Assembly: GCA_009786285.1 (NCBI GenBank)
Contig: WQTK01000339.1
Span: 8,061-72,060 of the forward strand
DNA: 64,000 nucleotides
DNA from: Candidatus Fibrimonadales bacterium
GTDB lineage: Bacteria > Fibrobacterota > Fibrobacteria > Fibrobacterales > Fibrobacteraceae
Direction: 5' to 3'
The position numbers and the translations under genes are program-made. The notes under the pieces are model-generated. The model had not been told where the DNA came from. It searched no databases and saw nothing but the letters and a program-made list of their open reading frames with translations. The stretch's first letter is position 1. Each line of letters opens with the position of its first letter. Positions 19,982 through 29,789 of the stretch are shown one piece after another.

Positions 19982-22796
19982 AGTGGAATTGAAAAACTAT
20001 CGAATTCACGAAGAATACGAGCAGAGTTTTGAAAACGGAATAAACCTATTGCTTGGCAATAACGGATGCGGCAAGTCTTCTATTTTAGAAGCCATTGGCT
20101 TTGCGCTCTTTAACACCAGTACCCGCAGCGATAAACTCGAAGAGATTATATCAAAGGGAAAAGAGAATGGAAGCGTAAAGGTTTCTTTCACCGGCAACGA
20201 TGGAAAAGAATATGAAATTGAACGAAAATTAAAAGGCAGCCAAGCTGTGCTTACAGATTTGAATTCCATGCAAAAGACTAAAGGAGGCATCATAGAAATT
20301 TACAATCAAATAGGTAAAATTCTAGATATAGAGAATTTAGACGGAAAAAGCCGCAATAATGTTTTTTTTGATTCTGTAATCTGCGCAAAGCAAAACCATT
20401 TTATTGATATTTTCACGCAAGAAGAGGGAAAAAGAAAACCGCATTTTGACAAGTTATTTGATACGGCAATTTATGATATATTGCATAAGAAATTGGGCGA
20501 ACAAAATGAAAAAAAGTACGAAGAAGAAGGAAATGTAAAAAATGCCGTGAGGAAAAGCCTTGCAGACAAGCAAAAAAATATTGAGGAGCTTGAAAATAAT
20601 TTAAAAAAGCAAAATAATGAATTAACTGCTGAAGCGGAAAATCTAACGAAATTAGAAAATGAACTGAAAAGAGAAAAGCAGAAATTGACTGAATACAATA
20701 AAATGAAAGAGCAAATTAACGCCAAAGAAAAAGATTTAAATAATTCTGCGGAAAAAATAAAGCATTTTACAGAAGCAAGGGATAAAGATAAGGATAATCT
20801 TCTTAAATCCGAGCAGGCAAAGAAATTTTTAGAAAATAACAATGAAGATTTTAAAAAATATGAGTCTGCCAAAAAGCAAAGCGAAGCACGGGAAGCAGAG
20901 CTTAATAAGTTTGGAAACGCAGATAAGATTCATGAGGATTTAAAAAATCAGCAACAGAAACTTAAAGATGAACTGATTAAACTTGAAGAAGGGGATAAAA
21001 AGAATGAAATAAATAATATGGAAAATTTTACCGCTCAAATATCAGAGAAAGAAAACGAATTGCACAAAGAGCAGGAAGATTTTGATAAAATTAATTCCGA
21101 TAAAAAAACGAAAGAAACTGAATTGAAAAATACGCAGGCTCAACAAGACGTATTGCAGCCAATTAGCGAAAATCTTGAAAAATTGTCAAATAGCAAAGCT
21201 GAAAATTTCAGAGAAGAAGAAAGGCTTAAAGCCGAGCTAGTGACTTTAAAAGAGAAAGTAATTTCAAACGATCTTCTGGCTAAAGAAGAGGAAGAAATAA
21301 ACAAGGATAAAAAGCTGCGGGAAGAATTGTTGGGAAAGCTGAAAATAGAAGATGCCCGTATTTTCGAATTGGAAGCCGCACAGCAGGATTTGAGTGGAGG
21401 AAAATGCCCGATTTTAAAAGAATCTTGCCCGAAAGTTACCACAGGCAATGAGGATTATTTTGCAAATCGCTTTAAAGAACTGCATAAAAACAAAAAAGAT
21501 TTGGAAAAAAAGCTGGAGGATTTTGCACAATTATCAGATAAAGAAAAAAAAATCAATGAGAAAAAGATGATTTCAAACGATAGTTGCAAACAGATTGAAA
21601 AAAATGAAAATTCATTGAAAATTTGCGAAGCTAATAGCGGCAAACATAAAGCTGAGGAAGAGGTACAAATAGCAAAATCAAAATGCGCTTCTGTTGAAGA
21701 AATTAAAAATTCTTTGAAGGCGGCTCAAAATTTATCTATAGAACAGAAAAATGAAATGAAAAATTATGACAAACAGATTGATAAATGTAATGAAAAATTA
21801 ACAAAAATAAAGAAAGATATTCAAACATTGATTAAAAATAAAGAAGCTTGCTTGAATAAATTGAAAAATATTGAAGAAACAATAAATAAACACGGCATAT
21901 CTCTGCGAGAGTTGGAGCCTAAAATTGCAGAAGCACAGCAAAATAAAAATTACGCAAGCAAATTGCAAAGCGAAATCAACCAGATTAAAAATGAAACTTT
22001 AAATCCTCTGGAAAAAGTTTATAAGGAATATCTGCAAAATGAAAAAATCGCAAAAGAATATGAAACACTAAAAAAACATTTGGAAGATAGTGAGAAAAAT
22101 ATTCATAATGAAACGGAGAAAAAGGAAAAGTTTGGCAAAGAATTGGAGGTCTTAAAATCCGGATTTTCCGAAGAACAGTTGAAATTGCAGGATAAAGCGG
22201 TTGAAAGTTTAACGGAAACAAATAAAAGCGTGATTGAAAAAGTCACAGGATTAAAAAAGGAGATTGAATACAAAAATAAGGAAATTGAAGAATACAGAAG
22301 CATTGAAATTGAAATAAAAAAAATAGATTCTGAAATTGCGATTATTCAGCGAAAGTTGGCTTTAACGAGTATTTTTAAGAAAAAAGTAAAAGATTTAGGC
22401 AGCGCTGTGGCAGAGGAGCGTGTTAAGCGCATAGCGGATTATGCAAGTCGCTATTTCAATAAAATTACGAACAGGCCGGAATCTATTTTGTGGGTTTGCC
22501 TTGAAAAAGATAAATACAGTCTTTATTTGGACAATGGCCAGCACCAATGCAGCTTTATAAACCTGTCCGGCGGCGAGCAAATTTCCGTTGCCATAGCGAT
22601 TCGCTTGGCACTATCGCTTGAGTTCGGGAATTCAGGATTCATAATTCTGGATGAACCTACAAATAACTTGGACAGGGACAAGCGCCAGTTGCTTGCGGAA
22701 AACCTGCCGAAAATGGTAGAGAATTTAACTCAGTTATTTGTTGTAACGCACGATGATACTTTCAGAAATTCGGCAACAAAAGTCATTGATTTTTAG
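19968..22796 (+). CDS. sbcC: SbcC/Rad50-family ATPase
   Basis: Walker A GNNGCGKSS, a long Lys/Glu-rich coiled coil, a central Cys pair, the signature LSGGEQ and Walker B FIILDEP. Confidence 0.85.
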   Translation: MKINKVELKNYRIHEEYEQSFENGINLLLGNNGCGKSSILEAIGFALFNTSTRSDKLEEIISKGKENGSVKVSFTGNDGKEYEIERKLKGSQAVLTDLNSMQKTKGGIIEIYNQIGKILDIENLDGKSRNNVFFDSVICAKQNHFIDIFTQEEGKRKPHFDKLFDTAIYDILHKKLGEQNEKKYEEEGNVKNAVRKSLADKQKNIEELENNLKKQNNELTAEAENLTKLENELKREKQKLTEYNKMKEQINAKEKDLNNSAEKIKHFTEARDKDKDNLLKSEQAKKFLENNNEDFKKYESAKKQSEAREAELNKFGNADKIHEDLKNQQQKLKDELIKLEEGDKKNEINNMENFTAQISEKENELHKEQEDFDKINSDKKTKETELKNTQAQQDVLQPISENLEKLSNSKAENFREEERLKAELVTLKEKVISNDLLAKEEEEINKDKKLREELLGKLKIEDARIFELEAAQQDLSGGKCPILKESCPKVTTGNEDYFANRFKELHKNKKDLEKKLEDFAQLSDKEKKINEKKMISNDSCKQIEKNENSLKICEANSGKHKAEEEVQIAKSKCASVEEIKNSLKAAQNLSIEQKNEMKNYDKQIDKCNEKLTKIKKDIQTLIKNKEACLNKLKNIEETINKHGISLRELEPKIAEAQQNKNYASKLQSEINQIKNETLNPLEKVYKEYLQNEKIAKEYETLKKHLEDSEKNIHNETEKKEKFGKELEVLKSGFSEEQLKLQDKAVESLTETNKSVIEKVTGLKKEIEYKNKEIEEYRSIEIEIKKIDSEIAIIQRKLALTSIFKKKVKDLGSAVAEERVKRIADYASRYFNKITNRPESILWVCLEKDKYSLYLDNGQHQCSFINLSGGEQISVAIAIRLALSLEFGNSGFIILDEPTNNLDRDKRQLLAENLPKMVENLTQLFVVTHDDTFRNSATKVIDF

Positions 22797-22826
22797 CCGC
22801 TGCGCAAAGTTTTCTATATTACCACT

Positions 22827-23720
22827 ATGCATCAAATTGAATCTGCCATATATAAAAGCTACCTAGAAACGGCTGCTCCGAACTTGCTTAAGGCTAAAGG
22901 AGACCCGTGGAAGGTGGAAATAGACACGCTTTTAAAGCATTATGGCTCTTTTTTGCTGGACGGATGGGGAACGCTCTACAGCAAGGATAATTTTATTTAC
23001 CCTGGTGTTTTGAAATTTATGGCTGCGCTGCGCAAGGCAAACAAAAACGTAAGACTAATAACAAATTCTGCTTCCCGCTCGGTAAAACAAATTCAAGACG
23101 ACCTTCATCAGGCAGGCCTAGACTTTGAAACGCATGAAATTATATCTTCCGGCAGCTTGCTCGCAATGCTAAATGAAACATTCGGATTTAACGAGGTTTA
23201 TTATTTAGGCGGCGAATACGGACTTAAATTTTTGGAAGAAGCTAAAATACTGGCTGTGGAAAATCCTTCTGAGCCTATAGTCATATTGGCTGGGGTACAC
23301 CCGACTCAAGAAGAAATAGACAAAGCCATCAAAATTCTATCAAAAGAAAATTCCAGAGTCTTGGTCCTAAACCCGGATGTTTACGCTCCAAACCCCAACG
23401 GAGAAAAAATCCCGGTCACGGGCCACATAGCAAATGCCTTGAAAGAAAAAACCCTCTGCCAGCTCCTGTTCTGCGGAAAGCCCTTTCCGTTAATTTACCA
23501 AATTGCCCTTCGCAGTCTAATACCCAGCACCGAAAGCGTAATAATGATAGGCGACACCCTGGGCACAGATATTGCCGGGGCAAGCATCGCCGGCATTGAC
23601 TCCGCTTTGGTGCTAGGCAGAAATGTGAAAGAAACCGAGCTGAGAGACGATATTTATTCGTTGGGAGTAAGCCCAACCTACGTGTTGCACGGATTCGATT
23701 ATGGCGATATTTCCAAATAA
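22827..23720 (+). CDS. HAD-superfamily subfamily IIA hydrolase
   Basis: The motifs [23 protein letters not shown] and [10 protein letters not shown]. Confidence 0.75.
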   Translation: MHQIESAIYKSYLETAAPNLLKAKGDPWKVEIDTLLKHYGSFLLDGWGTLYSKDNFIYPGVLKFMAALRKANKNVRLITNSASRSVKQIQDDLHQAGLDFETHEIISSGSLLAMLNETFGFNEVYYLGGEYGLKFLEEAKILAVENPSEPIVILAGVHPTQEEIDKAIKILSKENSRVLVLNPDVYAPNPNGEKIPVTGHIANALKEKTLCQLLFCGKPFPLIYQIALRSLIPSTESVIMIGDTLGTDIAGASIAGIDSALVLGRNVKETELRDDIYSLGVSPTYVLHGFDYGDISK

Positions 23721-24642
23721 CGCTCTGTCTGTTGGCAACACGCCTCTTGTGCGCTTGAACCGAGTGACAGGCAACGCTAAGGCAACCGTGCTTGCGAAAA
23801 TAGAATCGAGAAACCCAGCATTCTCCATTAAATGCCGTGTTGGCGCAGCGCTCGTAAGCGATGCGGAAGAACGCAGGGTTTTGAGGCCGGGAGTTACAAT
23901 TTTGGAACCTACATCGGGAAACACCGGCATTGCGCTCGCTTATGTCGCGGCGGCAAAAGGCTATTCTTTGACGCTCACTATGCCGGAAACCATGAGCCGG
24001 GAAAGACGGCAGATTTTGGCTGGGTTCGGGGCGCGCTTGGAGCTTACCCCAGGTGCTCAAGGCATGAATGGGGCTATAAAACGTGCGGAAGAGATGAAAG
24101 AGGCAAACCCAGATAAATACTTTATTCCACAGCAGTTTGAAAACCCTGCGAATCCGGCTATACACGAAAAAACCACGGGCCCGGAAATTTGGAACGATAC
24201 GGACGGCGGCGTTGATGTTCTGGTCGCTGGCGTTGGAACAGGCGGAACTATCAGCGGAATTTCACGTTTTTTAAAAAGGAATAAAAAAATAATATCAGTT
24301 GCGGTTGAGCCGGAGGAATCCCCGATTATAACACAAACGCTGAATAAGCAGGAAGTTAAACCCGGGCCGCATAAAATTCAGGGCATTGGCGCAGGCTTTA
24401 TCCCTAAAAATCTTGACCTTGATTTGTTGGACAAAACAGAGAAAGTTTCTTCTGCCGAAGCTATAGATTTCGCACGCCGCCTGATGAGAGAGGAAGGCAT
24501 TCTTTGCGGAATAAGCTCCGGTGCCGCCGCCGCCGCCGCCGTGAGAATTGCACAAATGCCGACATATGAAGGCAAAACCATAGTGGTTATTCTGCCAGAC
24601 ACTGGCGAGAGGTACCTAAGCACTGCGTTGTTTGAAGGCTAA
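23701..24642 (+). CDS. cysK: cysteine synthase A (O-acetylserine sulfhydrylase)
   Basis: [14 protein letters not shown] (PLP lysine), [10 protein letters not shown] and GTGGTISG. Confidence 0.9.
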   Translation: MAIFPNNALSVGNTPLVRLNRVTGNAKATVLAKIESRNPAFSIKCRVGAALVSDAEERRVLRPGVTILEPTSGNTGIALAYVAAAKGYSLTLTMPETMSRERRQILAGFGARLELTPGAQGMNGAIKRAEEMKEANPDKYFIPQQFENPANPAIHEKTTGPEIWNDTDGGVDVLVAGVGTGGTISGISRFLKRNKKIISVAVEPEESPIITQTLNKQEVKPGPHKIQGIGAGFIPKNLDLDLLDKTEKVSSAEAIDFARRLMREEGILCGISSGAAAAAAVRIAQMPTYEGKTIVVILPDTGERYLSTALFEG

Positions 24643-24671
24643 AGTTAATCGTTGTTTTCTAAATTACCCCT

Positions 24672-24932
24672 ATGACCTTTGAAGAGATTTTCGCTTTGGT
24701 AAAAGAGCGCAAGAGAGAAATGCCGGAAGGCAAAAGCACAACAGAGCTTTTTAAAAAAGGTTCTCACGGCATTGGCAAAAAACTGGTGGAAGAAGCGGCG
24801 GAATCTTGGATGGCGGCACGCTACGAAGGCAAAGACTCTTTAGCGTTGGAGCTTTCGCAAACGCTTTATTACGTAGCCTGCATGATGGCGGAAAATGAGC
24901 TTTCGCTGGAAGATGTCTATGCAAAGCTATGA
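24672..24932 (+). CDS. hisE: phosphoribosyl-ATP pyrophosphohydrolase
   Basis: An 86-aa MazG-like protein with KKLVEEAAESWMA...ELSQTLYYVACMM. Confidence 0.75.
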   Translation: MTFEEIFALVKERKREMPEGKSTTELFKKGSHGIGKKLVEEAAESWMAARYEGKDSLALELSQTLYYVACMMAENELSLEDVYAKL

Positions 24933-24947
24933 ATAGGGCAAAGTTTC

Positions 24948-25802
24948 GTGGAATTTGAATTCATAAACACATTGCTTCGCAAAGCCGGCCGCCTTGCAAA
25001 AGGTGTAGGCGATGATGCCTATGTTTTCGGAGACTATTTAATTTCCGCAGACATGTCCGTAGAAGGCACTCATTTCAGATTAGACAGAAACACTCCGGCG
25101 CAGGCAGTAGAAAAATGCTTGCTATCGAATTTTTCAGATATAAACGCTATGGGAGGCATGGCAAAGGCTATTCTGTTTTCAGTTTGCATAAACAAAAAAT
25201 GGAACAAAAAAACAAGAGATGAAATTGCAGACGCTGTGGCAAAAGTTTGCAAAAAGCACAATGTGAAAATTTTAGGCGGAGATACTGTTGGCGGCAGCCT
25301 GGGTACTTTTTCAGTAACGGTTTTCGGAAAAGCAAGCGGCAAAATTTTATTGCGCTCTGCCGCAAAAGCAGGTGACGACGTGTGGCTGTCCGGCTATCCC
25401 GGATGCTCATGCGCAAGCGGATATGTCCAAGTTCCTTCTCCTCCTCTAAAACTTGGACCGCTTCTTGCGCAGATAAAAGGCATTGGAGCCTGCATAGATT
25501 TAAGCGATTCGCTTTCGGAGAGTTTGCAGCATATTTCCGTGCAATCCAAAGCAGAGCTTCAAATAGAAGAAAAACTTATTCCGGTTTTTCCCGGCGTAAA
25601 AAGGGATATGTTGCTGAACGGAGGAGAGGATTTTTGCTTGCTTTTCACAGCAAGGAAAATTGCGAGAAAAAATATTTTGCGGTTGGCAAAAAGATTTGCG
25701 ATTAATAAAATCGGCACCGTCTCCGTAGGGGCGGCCCAGCGTGGCGGCACCATTTTTTTAGACGGGGCAAAGCTTGAGGCCAAAGGGTGGCGGCATTTTT
25801 AG
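24948..25802 (+). CDS. thiL: thiamine-monophosphate kinase
   Basis: GDDAYVF, SADMSVEGTHF and GGDTVGG. It has a GTG start. Confidence 0.8.
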   Translation: MEFEFINTLLRKAGRLAKGVGDDAYVFGDYLISADMSVEGTHFRLDRNTPAQAVEKCLLSNFSDINAMGGMAKAILFSVCINKKWNKKTRDEIADAVAKVCKKHNVKILGGDTVGGSLGTFSVTVFGKASGKILLRSAAKAGDDVWLSGYPGCSCASGYVQVPSPPLKLGPLLAQIKGIGACIDLSDSLSESLQHISVQSKAELQIEEKLIPVFPGVKRDMLLNGGEDFCLLFTARKIARKNILRLAKRFAINKIGTVSVGAAQRGGTIFLDGAKLEAKGWRHF

Positions 25803-25921
25803 AGCGAGTTGCAACACGGACACATGGCATTTTTTCTGGGTATTAATCCAAAAAAACTAAAGTATAGCGAAGTCTTTTCGCAAACAGGGCAAAAGAGACC
25901 TATTTGATATACTCCGGTAAA

Positions 25922-26434
25922 TTAAACAATAACCTGTACAATTTCATGTTGAACTAAAAATTCATATACATCATGATATTTTTGCAAAGCTAACGCAACA
26001 CAGTCAATTTCTTTTCCATATAACAACAGCAGTTTTTCCGCAGAAATAACAGGAATGTTTTCTATTAAAGAACCTTGCTTTGCAGAATCATTATCCACAA
26101 AATAAACCAGTTTGTACTCATTGTAATATTTTTCTTCGACTAATTTTTTAGCTCGTTTGCCGGTTTGCCCGGCTCCGAATATCGCAAGATTTTTCACTAC
26201 CGTTTTCAACATGGAGGAGCCGAAGGCGTTATTGCTCAGGTAATCGTCAATATCGCAAATTAAATATTCTGTTCCATTTGAGTGAAGAACATCATAAAAC
26301 TCCTCAATGTAGTCCAGCAAACCACTTTCTTTGAAAAGGGAAAAAGCTTCGCTGCCGGATAATCCTTTACGTGCCCGATATTCCTCTATGGCAAAAACAG
26401 CATATTTTTTCACTTCGTCAGATATTTTACACAT
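25922..26434 (-). CDS. DUF3791-like domain fused to a Rossmann-like (GAGQTG) C-terminal segment
   Basis: The N-terminus VFAIEEYRARKGLSGSEAFSLFKESGLLDYI is DUF3791-like. The C-terminus is LAIFGAGQTGKRAKKL...FVDND. Confidence 0.45.
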   Translation of the reverse strand: MCKISDEVKKYAVFAIEEYRARKGLSGSEAFSLFKESGLLDYIEEFYDVLHSNGTEYLICDIDDYLSNNAFGSSMLKTVVKNLAIFGAGQTGKRAKKLVEEKYYNEYKLVYFVDNDSAKQGSLIENIPVISAEKLLLLYGKEIDCVALALQKYHDVYEFLVQHEIVQVIV

Positions 26435-26726
26435 CCGGATAATCCGCCTTACCGCTTGTTTTTTCCTGTTTTAGCAAATCGTAAAGCGTTTCATCAGAGT
26501 AATGCCAAATTTTAGTCTCTTCATCGTCTAGGTCGGAAAAAACATTAGAATTGTAAATGTAATTCAAAGATTTATGAAAATCAAAATAATCTCTCTGTTC
26601 AAGCAGTTTGGCTAAGCGAACAATTTTTATTCTCATTGTGGCTGAATGTTTAAGTATTCCGCTCATATTAACTCCGAATTGCAAAACCTCAAAAGTTTCA
26701 TAGATTCTTCCGAGCAAAAAGTCCAT
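26427..26726 (-). CDS. small DUF3791-like protein
   Basis: Assigned from its position between the DUF3990 and DUF3791 genes. The sequence similarity is weak. Confidence 0.35.
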   Translation of the reverse strand: MDFLLGRIYETFEVLQFGVNMSGILKHSATMRIKIVRLAKLLEQRDYFDFHKSLNYIYNSNVFSDLDDEETKIWHYSDETLYDLLKQEKTSGKADYPDV

Positions 26727-27145
26727 TGATTGAACAACTCTCTCGCTTTCAAGCGTTTTATAGCCTCGTCTTTGCTGAAAGTTCCATCTATATAAAGATC
26801 TATAACATTATATACTGTGTCATTTGCAACAGGCCCAATAACAACATCGTAAATTTTTCCGCTATAAGTGTTAGTTCTGTTCAGGGAAACGAAATCAAGC
26901 CATTCCTCGCTTGGGTTTTCAAATTTTAAAACAGAACATATTTCAAATAGCATAATTTCATTTATCTCATATATTGAAACCGTGCGATTACCGCTTTTTT
27001 TTCTTTTTACAACATTTTCCGTAAACCTCGCTGCCTGATCATAATTGCTAGTAGTATAAAAACCTTTTCCAAAATCGAGCCCTCTAACCGAAGTTAATAA
27101 TTGCGGCTTTTCTACAATTTGGTTGCTCCCGTGGTAGAGTTTCAC
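26663..27145 (-). CDS. DUF3990-domain protein
   Basis: MKLYHGSNQIVEKP...LDFGKGFYTT is the typical DUF3990 N-terminus. Confidence 0.55.
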   Translation of the reverse strand: MKLYHGSNQIVEKPQLLTSVRGLDFGKGFYTTSNYDQAARFTENVVKRKKSGNRTVSIYEINEIMLFEICSVLKFENPSEEWLDFVSLNRTNTYSGKIYDVVIGPVANDTVYNVIDLYIDGTFSKDEAIKRLKARELFNQWTFCSEESMKLLRFCNSELI

Positions 27146-27147
27146 AC

Positions 27148-27459
27148 TTACTTCCCGCGCTTAGGATTATAATTGTTATTCATAATCATGGCCAGAGCTA
27201 CACAGAACATTACTGCGCCGCCAACTATAGCCTGTTGCTTGTAATCATATTCGTGTACATTGTGTTTTGGACTTTCTTCAAACCTTTGCTGAGGAGATAA
27301 ATTATCGTTATAGGAATTTTCAACAACCAATGAATCCTGAGGAGAAACTGTTTGCATAGTTTCCTGCATCATAGCCTGCGCTTCGGAAAAAGGTTGCTCT
27401 TCCGGTTGCTGCGCAAAAAGCGGAACTGCGATTAAAACTATGCTAAGTACAATTCTCAT
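27148..27459 (-). CDS. small secreted or membrane protein, hypothetical
   Basis: A signal peptide and a C-terminal TM helix. Confidence 0.4.
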   Translation of the reverse strand: MRIVLSIVLIAVPLFAQQPEEQPFSEAQAMMQETMQTVSPQDSLVVENSYNDNLSPQQRFEESPKHNVHEYDYKQQAIVGGAVMFCVALAMIMNNNYNPKRGK

Positions 27460-27841
27460 ATTTCGCTACCACCGTTGTCTGAATGCCGCCTCTTGAATTG
27501 AAAATTCCTGTCACCTTCATGCTTTGAGGGCTAACAGATTTAACGCAATCGTTTAACACTTTGTTCACAACATGCTCGTGGAAAATTCCCAAGTTGCGGT
27601 AAAAGAGCAAATACTCCTTGAAACTTTTCAATTCAAGGCAAAATTTTACCGGACGGTATTCTATAACAAGAGTCGCAAAATCCGGCAAGCCTGTTTTTGG
27701 GCACACGCAGGTGAACTCCGGAACCTCAATCCGTAAATCAGTGGCAGAATTCGGATACATAAATTCCCAGTTGTCAATCTTTGGCGTTTTCAGCACGGGA
27801 ATGTGATTTTGGCGGCCTTCATAAGAGGATTTGCTTTTCAT
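27443..27841 (-). CDS. queF: NADPH-dependent 7-cyano-7-deazaguanine (preQ0) reductase
   Basis: EFTCVCPKTGLPDFATLVIEY and ELKSFKEYLLFYRN...FHE. Confidence 0.9.
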   Translation of the reverse strand: MKSKSSYEGRQNHIPVLKTPKIDNWEFMYPNSATDLRIEVPEFTCVCPKTGLPDFATLVIEYRPVKFCLELKSFKEYLLFYRNLGIFHEHVVNKVLNDCVKSVSPQSMKVTGIFNSRGGIQTTVVAKYENCT

Positions 27842-29115
27842 AATTTCTCCAATATTTTTTCCAAGCTGTCAACTCCCTGCTCACCGCTTGACAAAATTTT
27901 ATACTCCCAAACGCCATCCTTTGATTTTTCGCCATCTGCAAAAACAACGCATTTTGCGCCGGCGGCGTTTGCCATTTCCAATTGCTTTCCAAACTTCACG
28001 GCATTTAAAGAGTGCGAACACGCAACCCCTTTTTTGCGAAACTCCGCCGCTGTTCCAAATAAAACTTTCATATCGCCGTTAAAACTTGCGATGAACACCG
28101 GCAAATCAGATTTCTTTTGCGAAAGCAAATTCCGTTCCGCAAGCAAGTCTGCAAGCACAACGTCGCCCATTCCAAATCCAACTCCGGTAATTTTTTGCCC
28201 ACCCAAAGTCTCAGTTAAATTATCATAGCGTCCGCCGCCGGCAATGGCCCGCATATTCTTATTCTTATCAAAAACTTCAAAAACAATGCCTGTATAATAA
28301 GCCAAGCCACGCACAACGGATAAATCCAGCTTAACGCAATTTTCAAAACCGCCAGCTTTCAACAGTTCAAATAATTCCTTCAATTCCTGTACACCCCGCC
28401 CTTCGGGTACCCCTCTAAAAGAGGGGATAATTTCAGCAACAGTGGTGCAACTCATAAAAGCGTTTAACTTCTTCGCTTTCTCCTCGCTCAATCCCACATT
28501 CAACAATTCTTTTTCAAAATCTTCCGCAGGCATTTTCAAACGCTTATCCAAAAGCGGATAAACCAAATTCGGCTCCTTAACTTCCAACTGCTCCAGCATT
28601 GAAGCTAACAAACGGCGGCTGGAAACACCAATGTAAAAATCATTTTCGGTCAAACCAAAATCAAACAGCATACTCGCTATCGCAGAAATCAAATCCGCTT
28701 CCGCACTAACGCTTTCCGTTCCTATTATATCCAAATTCAACTGAAAAAATTCCCGCAGCCTTCCTTTTTGCGCACGCTCATAGCGAAACAAACGGGGAAT
28801 TGAAAACCATTTAAAAGGTTTTCTCAGCTCGCTGCCTTTTTGAATAACCATTCTTGCAAGCGTAGGAGTCATCTCAGGGCGCAGTGCCAAAGCTCGGTCG
28901 CCTTTGTCCATAAAATTGTAAAGCTGTGAAACAATCTCTTCGCCGCTTTTCCCGGTATAAAGTTCCAAATGCTCAAAAATGGGACCTTCGTACTCCTCAT
29001 ATCCAAACTTCAAAGCGGCTTGGCGCCAAACGGAGAAAATATGATTTTGCACCCTCATGTCAACCGGATAAAAATCCCTTGTTCCTTTAGGTAGTTGCGG
29101 AGTTTGAATTTTCAA
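27838..29115 (-). CDS. hisS: histidine--tRNA ligase
   Basis: PKGTRDFYP, LRPEMTP, FRYERAQKGRLREFFQ and GGGRYD. Confidence 0.95.
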   Translation of the reverse strand: MKIQTPQLPKGTRDFYPVDMRVQNHIFSVWRQAALKFGYEEYEGPIFEHLELYTGKSGEEIVSQLYNFMDKGDRALALRPEMTPTLARMVIQKGSELRKPFKWFSIPRLFRYERAQKGRLREFFQLNLDIIGTESVSAEADLISAIASMLFDFGLTENDFYIGVSSRRLLASMLEQLEVKEPNLVYPLLDKRLKMPAEDFEKELLNVGLSEEKAKKLNAFMSCTTVAEIIPSFRGVPEGRGVQELKELFELLKAGGFENCVKLDLSVVRGLAYYTGIVFEVFDKNKNMRAIAGGGRYDNLTETLGGQKITGVGFGMGDVVLADLLAERNLLSQKKSDLPVFIASFNGDMKVLFGTAAEFRKKGVACSHSLNAVKFGKQLEMANAAGAKCVVFADGEKSKDGVWEYKILSSGEQGVDSLEKILEKL

Positions 29116-29789
29116 AATAAATACCCCACAGATAATTTCCCATAAATATTTTGCATATCATCCTCTATGCCGGTAAAATCATTGGGAAAAACAGATACAA
29201 GGCCATAGTTAAAATCAAATGAGAGCAAAAGACGCTCATTATACGGCAAGAAATTTAGCCCAATGCTAAGACCGGCGTCATGATTGCGGAGATCATTTGA
29301 AAAATTATATTTTTCGCGAATAATTTCCATTCTGCCGTTTCCACTGTTCAAAAAGCCATCGTTGGCTGCGCCTTTAAATTTGCCGCTTAGCAAATAAGCA
29401 TAATAAGCACCAGCATAAACGGACAAGTTCTCAGTAAACAAGTAACGAGCCAAAATAGGCAAGCCCAAATAATTAAAGCTCATTTCAGTATCAACCATTC
29501 CGTTGAACTTGCCGTGAAAATCTTCAAAATTCATAGAGTATTCTTTTACCGAAGCGGAGCTTTTCATTCCCTTGTTTTCCAGCCTGAGACCAGCCGAAAC
29601 TCCGGTTTTTTTATTGAACCAGTTAAGAAAGTCTATTCCTATGGAAGGAGCAAGGCCGGGGCTGTAGCTTTCGACTTTGGTTATATTATTTGGCATAGGA
29701 AGCGGCATTGTTCCACCGAGATTAAGTCCGAGCAAAAATAAAAAAGAGAAGTTAAGCATTTCAATAATCCGTAATTTCAATTTCGTCAA
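29112..29789 (-). CDS. outer-membrane beta-barrel protein (porin-family/OmpA-like barrel)
   Basis: A signal peptide, alternating amphipathic strands and a C-terminal aromatic residue (GYLF). Confidence 0.55.
   Translation of the reverse strand: MTKLKLRIIEMLNFSFLFLLGLNLGGTMPLPMPNNITKVESYSPGLAPSIGIDFLNWFNKKTGVSAGLRLENKGMKSSASVKEYSMNFEDFHGKFNGMVDTEMSFNYLGLPILARYLFTENLSVYAGAYYAYLLSGKFKGAANDGFLNSGNGRMEIIREKYNFSNDLRNHDAGLSIGLNFLPYNERLLLSFDFNYGLVSVFPNDFTGIEDDMQNIYGKLSVGYLF

Noticed and set aside
11033-22796. The recCBD-sbcDC cluster as a Wadjet- or Lamassu-type SMC defence system
   Set aside because: All five proteins carry the canonical RecC/RecB/RecD and Mre11/Rad50-type motifs and have ordinary sizes. 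No JetA/B/D or LmuA-like genes are present. Only the context is unusual, and that is reported as a finding.
23416-24165. A 249-aa minus-strand ORF
   Set aside because: It is antisense to the confidently identified cysK and HAD genes. Its composition is Arg/Cys-rich and low in complexity, as is typical of antisense frames in GC-richer DNA.
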